Source of the DNA: an uncultured bacterium
GTDB lineage: Bacteria; Gemmatimonadota; Gemmatimonadetes; Longimicrobiales; Gaopeijiaceae
Length of the DNA stretch: 59,566 bases
Direction of reading: 5' to 3'
Assembly (NCBI GenBank): GCA_963934665.1
Contig: CAWVZF010000001.1
Coordinates: 1-59,566 of the forward strand
Below, piece after piece: positions 19,785 through 29,069 of the stretch (position 1 is the first letter of the stretch; each line of letters begins with the position of its first letter). The notes under the pieces are model-generated. The model saw only the letters and a program-made list of their open reading frames with translations, did no database searches and was not told the DNA's origin. The translations under genes and the position numbers were made by a program.

Positions 19785-19913
19785 TCATATTCCAAATCGC
19801 ATTTGGAGCCACAAGAGCAGGCCTAGTGCTATGACCTGGACGATGATCACGCGGATAAGTGTGATTCGGAATCTGCTACCACCGGAGGATGTTTCCTGGG
19901 AATCGTCAACCAT
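19785..19913 (-). CDS. Possible small single-TM accessory protein upstream of the SSS symporter
   Basis: 42-aa ORF MVDDSQETSSGGSRFRITLIRVIIVQVIALGLLLWLQMRFGI. It ends 40 nt before the symporter start on the same strand and has one hydrophobic helix. Confidence 0.3.
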   Translation of the reverse strand: MVDDSQETSSGGSRFRITLIRVIIVQVIALGLLLWLQMRFGI

Positions 19914-20079
19914 CGCGTGCTGGGTTCGGGAGCTTGGCAACGCCAAGCTCGAAGAGTAGAAGATCCGTGGCAAGCATCTCGGATGACAAAGTTGGGTAGC
20001 TGAGGGAGACAAGACTTGAGTCCAGGAACCTAACGCTTGTTTGCTCTATTAGAGTGATCCCTACTGCAACACCGTGCCC

Positions 20080-21171
20080 TTAATTTCCCATGCACGTCCC
20101 GAGCGCCTGAGCAGCCTTCAGTATATCGCTATTGGTAGGAACATTTTTCGTTTCAGCGATCGCTTCTGCTAAAGGAACTGCGAGCACATCGGGAGGGTCG
20201 AGTGCGACCATGCACCCGAATTGGCCTGCCGCGACAAGGTCAACCGCAGCTGCTCCAAAGCGAAGTGCCAGCAATCGGTCTTGGGCATTTGGTCCGCCAC
20301 CTCTCTGAAGATGGCCGAGGACCAGGTGGCGAGTCTCTTGCCCTGTATGTTCTGCGATTTCTTCTGAGATCAGGGCACCGATACCGCCGAGGTGTTGCTT
20401 CCCACCACCTTGCCGTTGGAAAAGTGGCTCCCCTCCAACTGGAAAGGCGCCTTCTGCCACCACAACGATTGCGAAGTTACGGCCTTCTGCATAACGCTCC
20501 TGAATTTTGTTACATACCCGTTCAATGTCATACGGGATTTCCGGTATCAAAATGACGTCGGCCGTTGCTGCAACTCCGGCAGAGAGCGCGATCCAACCGG
20601 CGTTCCGACCCATCAATTCCACCACCATCACCCGTTCGTGCGCCTCAGCAGTTGAGTGGAGCTTATCGATCGCATCTGTTGCGGTTTCAACTGCAGTCAG
20701 AAACCCGAAGGTTAGATTTGTTGCAGCCAAATCATTATCGATGGTTTTCGGTACTCCAATAACATTCAGTCCTTTTTCAAAAAGTGCTTGTGCGATTGAG
20801 AGTGAGCCGTCACCCCCGACGGCGATCAGCGCGTCGATCTTATGTGCGGCTAGGGTGTCAATCACTTCTTGGCTCCTGTCTATAATTGTCGTGGAGCCGT
20901 GTTCGTCCGAGATCTGCCAGTTAAGGGGATCTCCTCTATTCGTAGTCCCGATGATCGTACCACCCAAATGAGTGATGCCTCGCACGGCCGACCTATCGAG
21001 CTGCACGATACCACCATCTACCTCGAACAGTCCGTCGTAACCATCCCTGATACCAAAGACTTCCCAACCGCGCTTCTCTGCGGATATGACAACTGCTCGA
21101 ATCACTGCATTGAGTCCGGGCGCATCTCCGCCACCTGTATTGATTGCAATCCGGCGGATGTTGGGTGTCAT
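20080..21171 (-). CDS. pfkA: 6-phosphofructokinase (PfkA family; phosphoryl donor not assignable)
   Basis: GGGDAPGLNAVIRAVV, VGGDGSLSIA, GVPKTIDNDL and MGRNAGWIAL. Confidence 0.9.
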   Translation of the reverse strand: MTPNIRRIAINTGGGDAPGLNAVIRAVVISAEKRGWEVFGIRDGYDGLFEVDGGIVQLDRSAVRGITHLGGTIIGTTNRGDPLNWQISDEHGSTTIIDRSQEVIDTLAAHKIDALIAVGGDGSLSIAQALFEKGLNVIGVPKTIDNDLAATNLTFGFLTAVETATDAIDKLHSTAEAHERVMVVELMGRNAGWIALSAGVAATADVILIPEIPYDIERVCNKIQERYAEGRNFAIVVVAEGAFPVGGEPLFQRQGGGKQHLGGIGALISEEIAEHTGQETRHLVLGHLQRGGGPNAQDRLLALRFGAAAVDLVAAGQFGCMVALDPPDVLAVPLAEAIAETKNVPTNSDILKAAQALGTCMGN

Positions 21172-21357
21172 TTCAGGTCCTGTTGAGATACCGAGGTCTA
21201 TACCGGCACACTAAGTCTTTTCGCGAGCGCTCTAGCGTCCAAGGTAGCTCTTGTACTAGAAGAACCGCGACCCGTCTAGTCTTAGGTTGTTCTGATTTGC
21301 TAGGATACCTCTCAAGAAACCACTATCCTCGAGTCAAACGAGTGATATGGAGGAAGG

Positions 21358-22158
21358 GTGAGATTTTTAGTGCTCGTGTTGTTTTCATTAGGAGCCTGTG
21401 TGTCGCAACAAATACCACAGGACAGTGCAGAGTCCTCATCGGGAGATGATGGCTGGATAGCGCTCTTCAATGGACGTGATTTGACCGGTTGGGTGCCAAA
21501 GATTCGTGGAAATGAACTCGGAGAAGATCCGGGAGGAACATTCCGTATCGAAGATGGACTCCTTACGGTTGGGTACGAAAGTTATCAGAATTTCGATGAA
21601 CAATTTGGACATCTTTTTTATGCGGATACTTTCTCTGATTACCAACTGCTAATCGAATACCGTTTCATCGGAGCGCAACTCATAGGCGGTCCAGATTGGG
21701 CCTTCAAGAACAGCGGGGTGATGTTTCACGCCCAGAATCCTAATTCGATGCTACGTGATCAGGATTTTCCGATTTCTCTTGAGTTACAGTTGCTTGGTGG
21801 TAACGGTACCGATGCGCGCCCAACAGCCAATCTCTGTACTCCTGGAACAGAGGTCGAGATGGGTGGGATAAAAGTTCAAGCACACTGCACAAATTCTACT
21901 TCTGAAACATTTCACGGTGATGAATGGGTGACCGTAGAACTTACAGTTCATGCAGACACTGCCGTCTCGCATCTAGTGAATGGGGAAAAGGTCCTGGAAT
22001 ATGAGCGTCCAACTGTTGGTGGGGGCTCGGTAGACGGCTTTGATGATGCCATCAAGCTTGATGGCCAACCACTCACTCATGGGTATATCGCACTGCAGAG
22101 TGAGAGCCATCCAATTCAATTCCGCCGTGTTCTGGTTAGGCGGTTAAACGGAACCTGA
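21358..22158 (+). CDS. DUF1080 (3-keto-disaccharide hydrolase-like) lipoprotein
   Basis: Lipobox FSLGAC. The DUF1080 pattern is WIALFNGRDLTGWVPK ... NSGVMFH ... GYIALQSESHPIQFRRVLVRRL. Confidence 0.8.
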   Translation: MRFLVLVLFSLGACVSQQIPQDSAESSSGDDGWIALFNGRDLTGWVPKIRGNELGEDPGGTFRIEDGLLTVGYESYQNFDEQFGHLFYADTFSDYQLLIEYRFIGAQLIGGPDWAFKNSGVMFHAQNPNSMLRDQDFPISLELQLLGGNGTDARPTANLCTPGTEVEMGGIKVQAHCTNSTSETFHGDEWVTVELTVHADTAVSHLVNGEKVLEYERPTVGGGSVDGFDDAIKLDGQPLTHGYIALQSESHPIQFRRVLVRRLNGT

Positions 22159-22226
22159 TCTAGTGAGCGCAACCGGTCTGCTTCGCCGGAGTCAGAGGGG
22201 TGGTCACGACACGCACTAAAGCTATT

Positions 22227-22649
22227 TCAGTTGTTTTGGGCTCCTTCAGCAATCCATGTCTTAATCACCTCAAGTTCCTCAGTGGTCAGAGGGTCTCCTT
22301 CCTGTGGCATGTCCCCAAGCTCGATCATCATCCAGAGGACGCTGTCCTCTGCGTTTCCTGGTTCGACAATAGAGCCGAACTCCGATCCTACCATCAATGC
22401 ATCGTAGCTTGTGAGATCAAGTTCCATCTCTTTTGTAATCGCTCCATTTTCGTCGGCTCCGCCGTGACAGATGACGCACTTTCCCTCGAGGATAGGAGCC
22501 ACGTCCTCGGAGAAGCTCACGTCAGCTTCTGTATAGGAGAATTGGGTCTCACCCTGAGCTACGAGAGTGAGTGGCAGATCTGTTTGCACAAGCATGAGTC
22601 CAAGGGGTACTGCTAGCACTCCCATAACTTCAAATCGAGTCCAAATCAT
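22227..22649 (-). CDS. Small exported c-type cytochrome module (planctomycete PSCyt1-like)
   Basis: Signal/TM at the N terminus, one haem motif CVICHGG, a distal GDMP, and the C-terminal pattern LTTEELEVIKTWIAEGA. Confidence 0.7.
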   Translation of the reverse strand: MIWTRFEVMGVLAVPLGLMLVQTDLPLTLVAQGETQFSYTEADVSFSEDVAPILEGKCVICHGGADENGAITKEMELDLTSYDALMVGSEFGSIVEPGNAEDSVLWMMIELGDMPQEGDPLTTEELEVIKTWIAEGAQNN

Positions 22650-22734
22650 TTAGATCATCCTTTTTTATGGGAGAGGCTTCACTCTTGTCCGTCATTATAG
22701 AGGTCTATTAGCCACTCTTAAGAGGTTTGATGGG

Positions 22735-23286
22735 TCAACTCCCCTGTGGCGGGCCATCGGGATGTAGCTGACAATCGGGAGGCTGTTGTCGAGACCAATC
22801 GAGTGACATGATCCGCCAACCTTCCTGAGTCTGGAGCAGGGTAACAACATCTATACCGCAGTGACTGAATGCCCCACCGGTGTAGAAATCGTAAGGGGTC
22901 CAGACGGTTGCGATCGGCCCGCTTACCATGACTCTCGAATCAAACATACGTTCGACCATTATAGATCCACTCGAAACAATCCGATCTCTTAATCCTTCAA
23001 CGGTCGAAGTAGATGAGGTGACCGTGCCGTCCTCTTCGACGCTGTTGGACCTCATTATCACATCTGGCATCATGACTGCAGATAACCTGGCTGCATCTCC
23101 GCCAAGCGCATCAAAAACACCCTGGACTGTCGCGAGAATCTCGGCACGCTGTATATCGGTTGGAGCAAACGTGCTGAGATCATTAGAGAGTGCCATGCCG
23201 GCAGATGGTTCATCTTCGTTGTTGGCAGGTTGACATGCGCCGAGGGTACTAAGAAACACCAGCATAATGACGATTCGGGAAGGCAT
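22735..23286 (-). CDS. NTF2-like (SnoaL/DUF4440-type) lipoprotein
   Basis: Start taken at MPSRIVIMLVFLSTLGAC (lipobox). The C-terminal block HCGIDVVTLLQTQEGWRIMSL is typical of the NTF2-like fold. Confidence 0.6.
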   Translation of the reverse strand: MPSRIVIMLVFLSTLGACQPANNEDEPSAGMALSNDLSTFAPTDIQRAEILATVQGVFDALGGDAARLSAVMMPDVIMRSNSVEEDGTVTSSTSTVEGLRDRIVSSGSIMVERMFDSRVMVSGPIATVWTPYDFYTGGAFSHCGIDVVTLLQTQEGWRIMSLDWSRQQPPDCQLHPDGPPQGS

Positions 23287-23508
23287 CGCAGCAGCTGATA
23301 AGAAAGATGTAGAACAGTGCCGGTGCATCTTGCGGTCTCCTGATCCAAGTGGGTATTGAGTGAGTCTAGGTAGGGTGAGGGCGGTGCAAAAGACAAGGCC
23401 TCTAACTATAAAGGGTACCGCCGCCATCAGCTCTTTAGGTGGCCTGGTACTGTGAGCCCCTGTAGAATCACGATTCCTCTATACGATAAGCATTCTTCGG
23501 ATTCCAAA

Positions 23509-24855
23509 ATGAATATGAAGCTCAGGAAGTTTTCCAACGAAATAGCACTTCTTTCTTTCCCTCTGCTAATGATGGCCTGCGGAGGAGGTGAGGTGGCACA
23601 AGAATCCGAAGCGGATTTGGTCACGCGCGCTCGAGGTATCCATGAGAGGGTCATCACACTCGACACTCATGACGATATCAGTGCCAGCAATTTTACGGCG
23701 GATCGGAATTATACGATGGACCTGGGAAACCAGGTGAATCTGCCGAAGATGGAAGAAGGCGGTCTGGATGTCGCGTTCTTCATCGTATTTGTTGGGCAGG
23801 GTGAGCTCACAGAGGAGGGCTATGCCAGAGCTCATGCTCAGGCGATAGAAAAATTTGACGCAGTTCACCGATTGACCGAGGAGATTGCTCCTGATCGTAT
23901 CGAGCTTGCGTTGACCTCAGATGACGTACGCCGGATTGCGGCTTCGGGTAAGAAGGTCGCGATGATCGGAATAGAGAATGCTTACCAAGTTGGGACGGAC
24001 CTCTCTAACATCGCCGATTTTCAGGCGCGAGGGGGGCGATACATGTCCCTAGCCCATAACGGTCACAGCCAATTCTCAGACTCGAATACAGGAGAGAGAG
24101 ATGGCGTGTGGCTACACAACGGGTTAAGTGATCTGGGACGTGAGGCAATCGCTGAGATGAACCGTGTCGGCATCATGGTTGACATCTCTCACCCGTCAAA
24201 AGAAGCAATCATGGAGATGTTTGAGGTGACACGTGCTCCGGTCATCGCCTCTCATTCATCTGCACGTGCACTCAATGATGTGAGCCGTAATCTAGATGAT
24301 GAACAACTAATGGCACTCAAAGAAAACGGTGGTGTTGTGCAAACGGTTGCTTTTCGGAGTTATATCAATTCAGAGAAGAACAATGCTAATCGACAGGCAG
24401 TGCAAGCACTTGAAGCAAGCATCGCCGAGGAGATGGACTTCGAGATACTTGGGGGCCGAGGGGGCCGAGGGGGCCGAGGTGCGCTACAGGGCTTAAGCGA
24501 AGATGCAAGGAGTGCTTACTCTGCCAATATGGAGGAGCTTCGCAGCACGGCCGCTTCCAGAATGGAAGCAGAGGTTACCAGCACGGCACCTCCTGTGGGT
24601 GTAGCAGATTTCGTAGATCATATTGATTATCTGGTAGACTTGATTGATCTGGAGCACGTCGGGATTAGTTCAGACTTCGACGGTGGTGGTGGGGTTGAGG
24701 GATGGAATGACGCATCCGAAACATTCAACGTGACACTTGAGTTGGTTCGCAGAGGCTACACGGAAGAGGAGATTGGAATGCTCTGGAGTGGGAATCTGCT
24801 CAGGGTATTAGATGAGGTCCAAGCTATTGCTGCGAACATTCAGGCGGGTGGCTGA
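23509..24855 (+). CDS. Membrane dipeptidase (peptidase M19) lipoprotein
   Basis: Lipobox LLMMAC. M19 blocks are ITLDTHDD, VAMIGIENAY, MSLAHNGHSQFSDS, MVDISHPS, VIASHSSARAL and ISSDFDGGGG. An insertion carries the GGRGGRGGRG repeat. Confidence 0.9.
   Translation: MNMKLRKFSNEIALLSFPLLMMACGGGEVAQESEADLVTRARGIHERVITLDTHDDISASNFTADRNYTMDLGNQVNLPKMEEGGLDVAFFIVFVGQGELTEEGYARAHAQAIEKFDAVHRLTEEIAPDRIELALTSDDVRRIAASGKKVAMIGIENAYQVGTDLSNIADFQARGGRYMSLAHNGHSQFSDSNTGERDGVWLHNGLSDLGREAIAEMNRVGIMVDISHPSKEAIMEMFEVTRAPVIASHSSARALNDVSRNLDDEQLMALKENGGVVQTVAFRSYINSEKNNANRQAVQALEASIAEEMDFEILGGRGGRGGRGALQGLSEDARSAYSANMEELRSTAASRMEAEVTSTAPPVGVADFVDHIDYLVDLIDLEHVGISSDFDGGGGVEGWNDASETFNVTLELVRRGYTEEEIGMLWSGNLLRVLDEVQAIAANIQAGG
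24451..24477 (+). repeat. Perfect 3 x 9-nt tandem repeat (gggggccga) inside the dipeptidase CDS
   Basis: Read directly: gggggccga gggggccga gggggccga. It is in frame and encodes GGRGGRGGR. Confidence 0.95.
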
Positions 24856-24878
24856 TGTCTAGCTAACTGGGGCCTGAA

Positions 24879-24903
24879 AGGATTAGCGGTTATCGCAAAT
24901 CCT
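24879..24903. terminator. Hairpin between the convergent dipeptidase and amidase genes
   Basis: AGGATT-a-GCG / gttat / CGC-a-AATCCT. This gives 9 bp with one A.A mismatch, between stops at 24855 (+) and 24921 (-). Confidence 0.35.
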
Positions 24904-24920
24904 AGGACGGATGTCGGTAG

Positions 24921-26834
24921 CTACCGACGAACGGGTAGGACTTGTTTCTTGCCTGTACCGAAGGGGTGGTTACGAGTCATAAGCTCCAAGTACAATTCAC
25001 CAGATTCGAGCCGTTCACGCTCATCTGTGTCTAAGGTGAGCATGCCTTGGGCAGGTGAAATACTTGGCCCTGCGAGGCGTCGCTCAATATAGGGCCGGCC
25101 CTCCCCATCGTTGGTACTGAGGACGACGGCGAAGACATCATCGGCTCTGACACCCGACACACGAATGTTGTATGCGAGTGTTCCAGTTAGAGAGTTATAT
25201 GTGAACTGCACCCTTGCCCTAGCACGTAAAGTGGATCTTCGAGCACCGTCAGTTGTTGTCCGCACAGTAAAGGTTATGGGCTTTGCCGCCCTGCCACTCA
25301 ATAGAGGTGGGGTGCTTAATGGTGCGAGCCTATGGTTTGTTGCTTGTTCATATGCGTACCCCAGAGCAATCAACCGGGCGTCATCGAGACTGCGCCCTAA
25401 TAACTCAAGTCCGATAGGCAGCCCTCGTGTCCATCCGGCTGGAATACTCAGTGCTGGAAGTCCTGTGTTTGCACTCAGTGAGCAGTTAGAGCCCCTCTGG
25501 GGTTGGCCAATGATTGAGGGTGGTTCTCTCATAGTTGGATAGATCAGCGCGTCGACTTGATTCTCTTCAATCACTGATACGACAGCGTTTCTGAGTGGCT
25601 CTCTTTTGGCCAGGGCTGTCGCATAAGCATCCGTATCTCTGTCTCCCGAAGCATTCCTCCTGCGCATCCCAGGAGTAAGAGCCTCATGGATCAATCCCAA
25701 TTCGAGCATTTCTTCGAGTGAACTCACGGGGGCATCAGGCACGCCTGCCAAATAATCTATGAGGTCCCACTTGAACTCATGACCGATCACACCTGAGCCG
25801 GAGATAAGATTTTGAAGATTTGGGATCTCAATTGTGATCGTATCAGCACCTAATTCAACCATCTTCGCGATTGCTTGACGGACGATATTTGCCGCTGGTG
25901 CCTCTACGCCCCCTTCACCGAAGTATGACTCAAGGATCCCGATGCGTGCGCCGGAAAGAGCGCTCGGGTTTAGAGCGTCGATGAAACTTGGGAGTTCTTT
26001 TCCTTCTAGTATTGTCGTCGCAGGATCTGCAGGATCAGCACCGATAGTTGCATCGAGTGCAATCGCCAAGTCCTCTATGCTTCGAGCGAGTGGCCCTCCG
26101 ACATCCTGGCTGTGAGATAGAGGAACAATCCCGTCAATGCTCGAAAGCCCCTTCGTGGGTCGCAGGCCAACAAGGTTGTTCTGTGATGAAGGAATGCGAA
26201 TCGAGCCGCATGTATCACTACCCCAACCGACTGCGGCAAAACTTGCAGCAATGGCAGTTCCAGTACCACCACTTGAGCCGCCCGGATTCCTTCGCAGGTC
26301 GTAAGGGTTGAGGGTTTGTCCTCCAAGGGACCCGATGGTTGTGATGCCGCTTGCCAACTCATGCATGTTCGACTTTCCAAGAATAACTACTCCGGCCTCC
26401 CGGAGCTTCTGCACTTGCCGGGCATCATCAGGTGGAATGTTCGCGGCAAGGGCGAGTGTCCCAGCGCTCGTAGGTAAGTCGAACGTATCGTAGTTGTCCT
26501 TGAGAATGATCGGGATACCGTGTAGGGGTCCTCTTGGACCGGTTCTTGCCCGCTCGCGGTCAAGCATCTGAGCTTCAGCAACCGCATCCCAGTTTACCCA
26601 AATCATCGCGTTCAGGATTGGGCCAGCCTTGTCGTAAGCCCGAATCCTGGAGAGATACATTCTAGTGATCTCTGCGGACGTGACGGCCCCAGCTTCCATC
26701 GCTTCCTGAAGTTCGGCGATTGATGCTTCAGCGACTTCTATCTGGGCATTAACTGGTGCTGGCAATGAACAAAGCAGGGCAACAACGGCGATCAAAAACT
26801 TCGAGAAGCGCGGATCTTTCACGTACACTGCCAT
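24921..26834 (-). CDS. Exported amidase-signature (AS) amidase with an extra C-terminal domain
   Basis: Start taken at MAVYVKDPRFSKFLIAVVALLCSLPAPVNAQ (signal peptide). AS motifs HGIPIILKDN and NPGGSSGGTGTAIAASFA, then about 130 aa beyond the AS core. Confidence 0.85.
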   Translation of the reverse strand: MAVYVKDPRFSKFLIAVVALLCSLPAPVNAQIEVAEASIAELQEAMEAGAVTSAEITRMYLSRIRAYDKAGPILNAMIWVNWDAVAEAQMLDRERARTGPRGPLHGIPIILKDNYDTFDLPTSAGTLALAANIPPDDARQVQKLREAGVVILGKSNMHELASGITTIGSLGGQTLNPYDLRRNPGGSSGGTGTAIAASFAAVGWGSDTCGSIRIPSSQNNLVGLRPTKGLSSIDGIVPLSHSQDVGGPLARSIEDLAIALDATIGADPADPATTILEGKELPSFIDALNPSALSGARIGILESYFGEGGVEAPAANIVRQAIAKMVELGADTITIEIPNLQNLISGSGVIGHEFKWDLIDYLAGVPDAPVSSLEEMLELGLIHEALTPGMRRRNASGDRDTDAYATALAKREPLRNAVVSVIEENQVDALIYPTMREPPSIIGQPQRGSNCSLSANTGLPALSIPAGWTRGLPIGLELLGRSLDDARLIALGYAYEQATNHRLAPLSTPPLLSGRAAKPITFTVRTTTDGARRSTLRARARVQFTYNSLTGTLAYNIRVSGVRADDVFAVVLSTNDGEGRPYIERRLAGPSISPAQGMLTLDTDERERLESGELYLELMTRNHPFGTGKKQVLPVRR

Positions 26835-26859
26835 AGTCTCACCAGTCACACGTTTTATC

Positions 26860-28998
26860 TCAGCCCGAAGGGAGCTTGAAGACATAGAGCGCATTCCCTG
26901 TCGCTGGGTGTCTGATCTCGGGTGAAACCCTCCGCGGAACATCTCTCGGGCTGCCTCCTCCTAATCCTGTTGGCACTGCTACATACTGCTCACCGTTTAC
27001 GCTGTATGTAACCGGAAATCCTTGAACAGAAGTGCCCAGTCTGGTTTGCCACAAAGTGCTACCGGTTCTCACGTCATATGCCCGGAAGTAGCGGTCAAGG
27101 TCACCAGCAAACACCAGTCCGCCTGCAGTCGGGAGCGCAGCAGTCAGGAAAGACGCACGCTGTTCGACGCTCCAAAGTTCCTCTAGGGTGTCGATGTCGT
27201 AAGCAGCAAGTTTACCAAGATTCCCATTCGTACCAGGCATCTCTTCCCAGCTACGTGCTGCGCCTGTTCCGCCAGAGCCAACTTCGAGAGCAATTTCTCG
27301 GCCAGAGATATTCAGACAGGTCTGACTTAGTGGGATAATGACTGCATTGGTTTCCGGGCTGTAACCCATTGCTGGCCAATTATGTCCCCCAGCCGTGCTC
27401 GGACATACCGAGACGAACTCGCCTACCTCCGCATCCTGAATATCCTGCCGGTAGGTAACTGCTCCCGTATTGGGGTCGATGAAATCGAAGGCATTCTGGT
27501 ATACGGTCTCTTTATACCCAAAAAACTCGCCAGACATACGGTCCAGCTTCCAGAGGATGCCGTGCTTTCCGATTGTAAAGAGAAGTTTTTCGCCATTCCG
27601 ATCAATCAGCACTTGTTCAAATGTCTCATCGAGATCGAGAGCTTCCCCTGGCACGTGCTGCCGGTACCATACGATCCGGCCATCTTCTGGGTCGATTGCA
27701 AGTGTAGAGTTCGTATAAAGAGCAGCGTCTGCTGTCGTCATACCTCGGCTCGCTGGCACCCAAGGTTTTGCCTGTGCGGTTCCCCAGTAGATGAGATCCA
27801 AATCCGGGTCATAGCTTCCCGTAATCCAGGCATCTCCACCACCACGCAGTTCGAATGGAATGTCCCCCCAGGTGTCGTCACCGAATTCACCTGGTCGGGC
27901 AATTGTGAAAGTCCTCCAGAGTTCCTCGCCAGTTGCTGCATCGTGCGCGGTAATAAAGCACGATTCTTCAAAAAACCGCCCGCACCCGTTAATGCCGTTA
28001 ATGACTTTTCCGCGAGCTACGATTGGTCCCGCGACATTCGTGTAGCCTTGTTGGTAATCAGCTATCTGGGTCTCCCAAACTACCTCGCCTGTTCTTGCAT
28101 CCAAGGCGACCAGCCAAGCGTCCTTGGTGGGGACGAAAATCTTATCCTCGTAGATTGCAATCGAGCGGAGTTGGGAGAAGAATGCTCGATACCCTTCTGG
28201 GAAAGTTCTTTGATATTCCCAAAGTAACTCACCCGTTGCTGCATCAAGTGCCTGTATGGTGTTCATGGGGTGTGTGAGATACATGACCCCCCCACGAACG
28301 AGCGGCGTAGGCTGGTTAGCCCCCTGGTCCATCGCCCAAACCCAGGCCAGTCTCAGGTCGGTTACGTTTTCACGGTTGATCTGATCAAGTGGGCTGTATC
28401 CTTGGCTATCCAAGGTTCTCCGATACATCAGCCAATCCCCAGGGTCAGGATTCACCAACTCCTCATCAGTTACTGGACGGAAATCCGCAATCTCATGGAA
28501 TGTAGATGTGCCGTCACCAGAGGCACCGCCACGTCCACCAAATGCTGCCCTGGAGGGGGTCGCTGGGCCGGTACTTCGGCTAGTAGGTACCTCTTGTGGT
28601 CCCGTGGAGCCTTCCAGTGTGCCGGTTGCATCAGCTACGAGTTCCGAAGAGCCAGACGGGAATCCATTTCTCTCCAGAAGATAAGCGACGATGTTTGCGT
28701 ATATGGTTTGATCGAGTGAGCCTTCCTCGCCCGGCGGCATCGATATCACCACTTCCATGAGTTCTTCGACCGGCTTCCCCCCCCAGTAGCCAAGGAAGTT
28801 CTGTCCGGCGAGTTCGGGAGCCTCAAACGAACCTACAAGTGTTTGTAGGTGGCATTCAGAGCAGTGCTGCTCGTACGCCACGCCACCTGCTGTTGCTTGA
28901 TCTGTGGTGTACGTCACCTGTGCAGTGCCTTCTAGAACGAGCGCAGCAGTAAGCGAAATTGTTGCTATTGTCGAGCACGCTATGTATCGAGCCTTCAT
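26860..28998 (-). CDS. PQQ-dependent dehydrogenase (8-blade propeller) with an N-terminal c-type cytochrome domain
   Basis: Signal peptide, then haem motif CSECH plus distal SMPPG. Repeated propeller motifs follow: [55 protein letters not shown] and [11 protein letters not shown]. Confidence 0.8.
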   Translation of the reverse strand: MKARYIACSTIATISLTAALVLEGTAQVTYTTDQATAGGVAYEQHCSECHLQTLVGSFEAPELAGQNFLGYWGGKPVEELMEVVISMPPGEEGSLDQTIYANIVAYLLERNGFPSGSSELVADATGTLEGSTGPQEVPTSRSTGPATPSRAAFGGRGGASGDGTSTFHEIADFRPVTDEELVNPDPGDWLMYRRTLDSQGYSPLDQINRENVTDLRLAWVWAMDQGANQPTPLVRGGVMYLTHPMNTIQALDAATGELLWEYQRTFPEGYRAFFSQLRSIAIYEDKIFVPTKDAWLVALDARTGEVVWETQIADYQQGYTNVAGPIVARGKVINGINGCGRFFEESCFITAHDAATGEELWRTFTIARPGEFGDDTWGDIPFELRGGGDAWITGSYDPDLDLIYWGTAQAKPWVPASRGMTTADAALYTNSTLAIDPEDGRIVWYRQHVPGEALDLDETFEQVLIDRNGEKLLFTIGKHGILWKLDRMSGEFFGYKETVYQNAFDFIDPNTGAVTYRQDIQDAEVGEFVSVCPSTAGGHNWPAMGYSPETNAVIIPLSQTCLNISGREIALEVGSGGTGAARSWEEMPGTNGNLGKLAAYDIDTLEELWSVEQRASFLTAALPTAGGLVFAGDLDRYFRAYDVRTGSTLWQTRLGTSVQGFPVTYSVNGEQYVAVPTGLGGGSPRDVPRRVSPEIRHPATGNALYVFKLPSG

Positions 28999-29069
28999 GC
29001 TTTATAGCCTCCCCTCATATCATTACAGGTGCTGAATAGGGGGCACAGGCGACTGGTACGCGAGTCCCC

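Noticed and set aside
24451-24480. CRISPR-like or other spaced repeat arrays.
   Set aside because: The only perfect tandem repeat is 27 nt long, unspaced and in frame within a CDS. I saw no repeat-spacer architecture anywhere in the window.
27382-28227. 281-aa + strand ORF.
   Set aside because: It lies entirely antisense to the PQQ dehydrogenase, which has strong repeated motifs. This ORF has no recognisable features.
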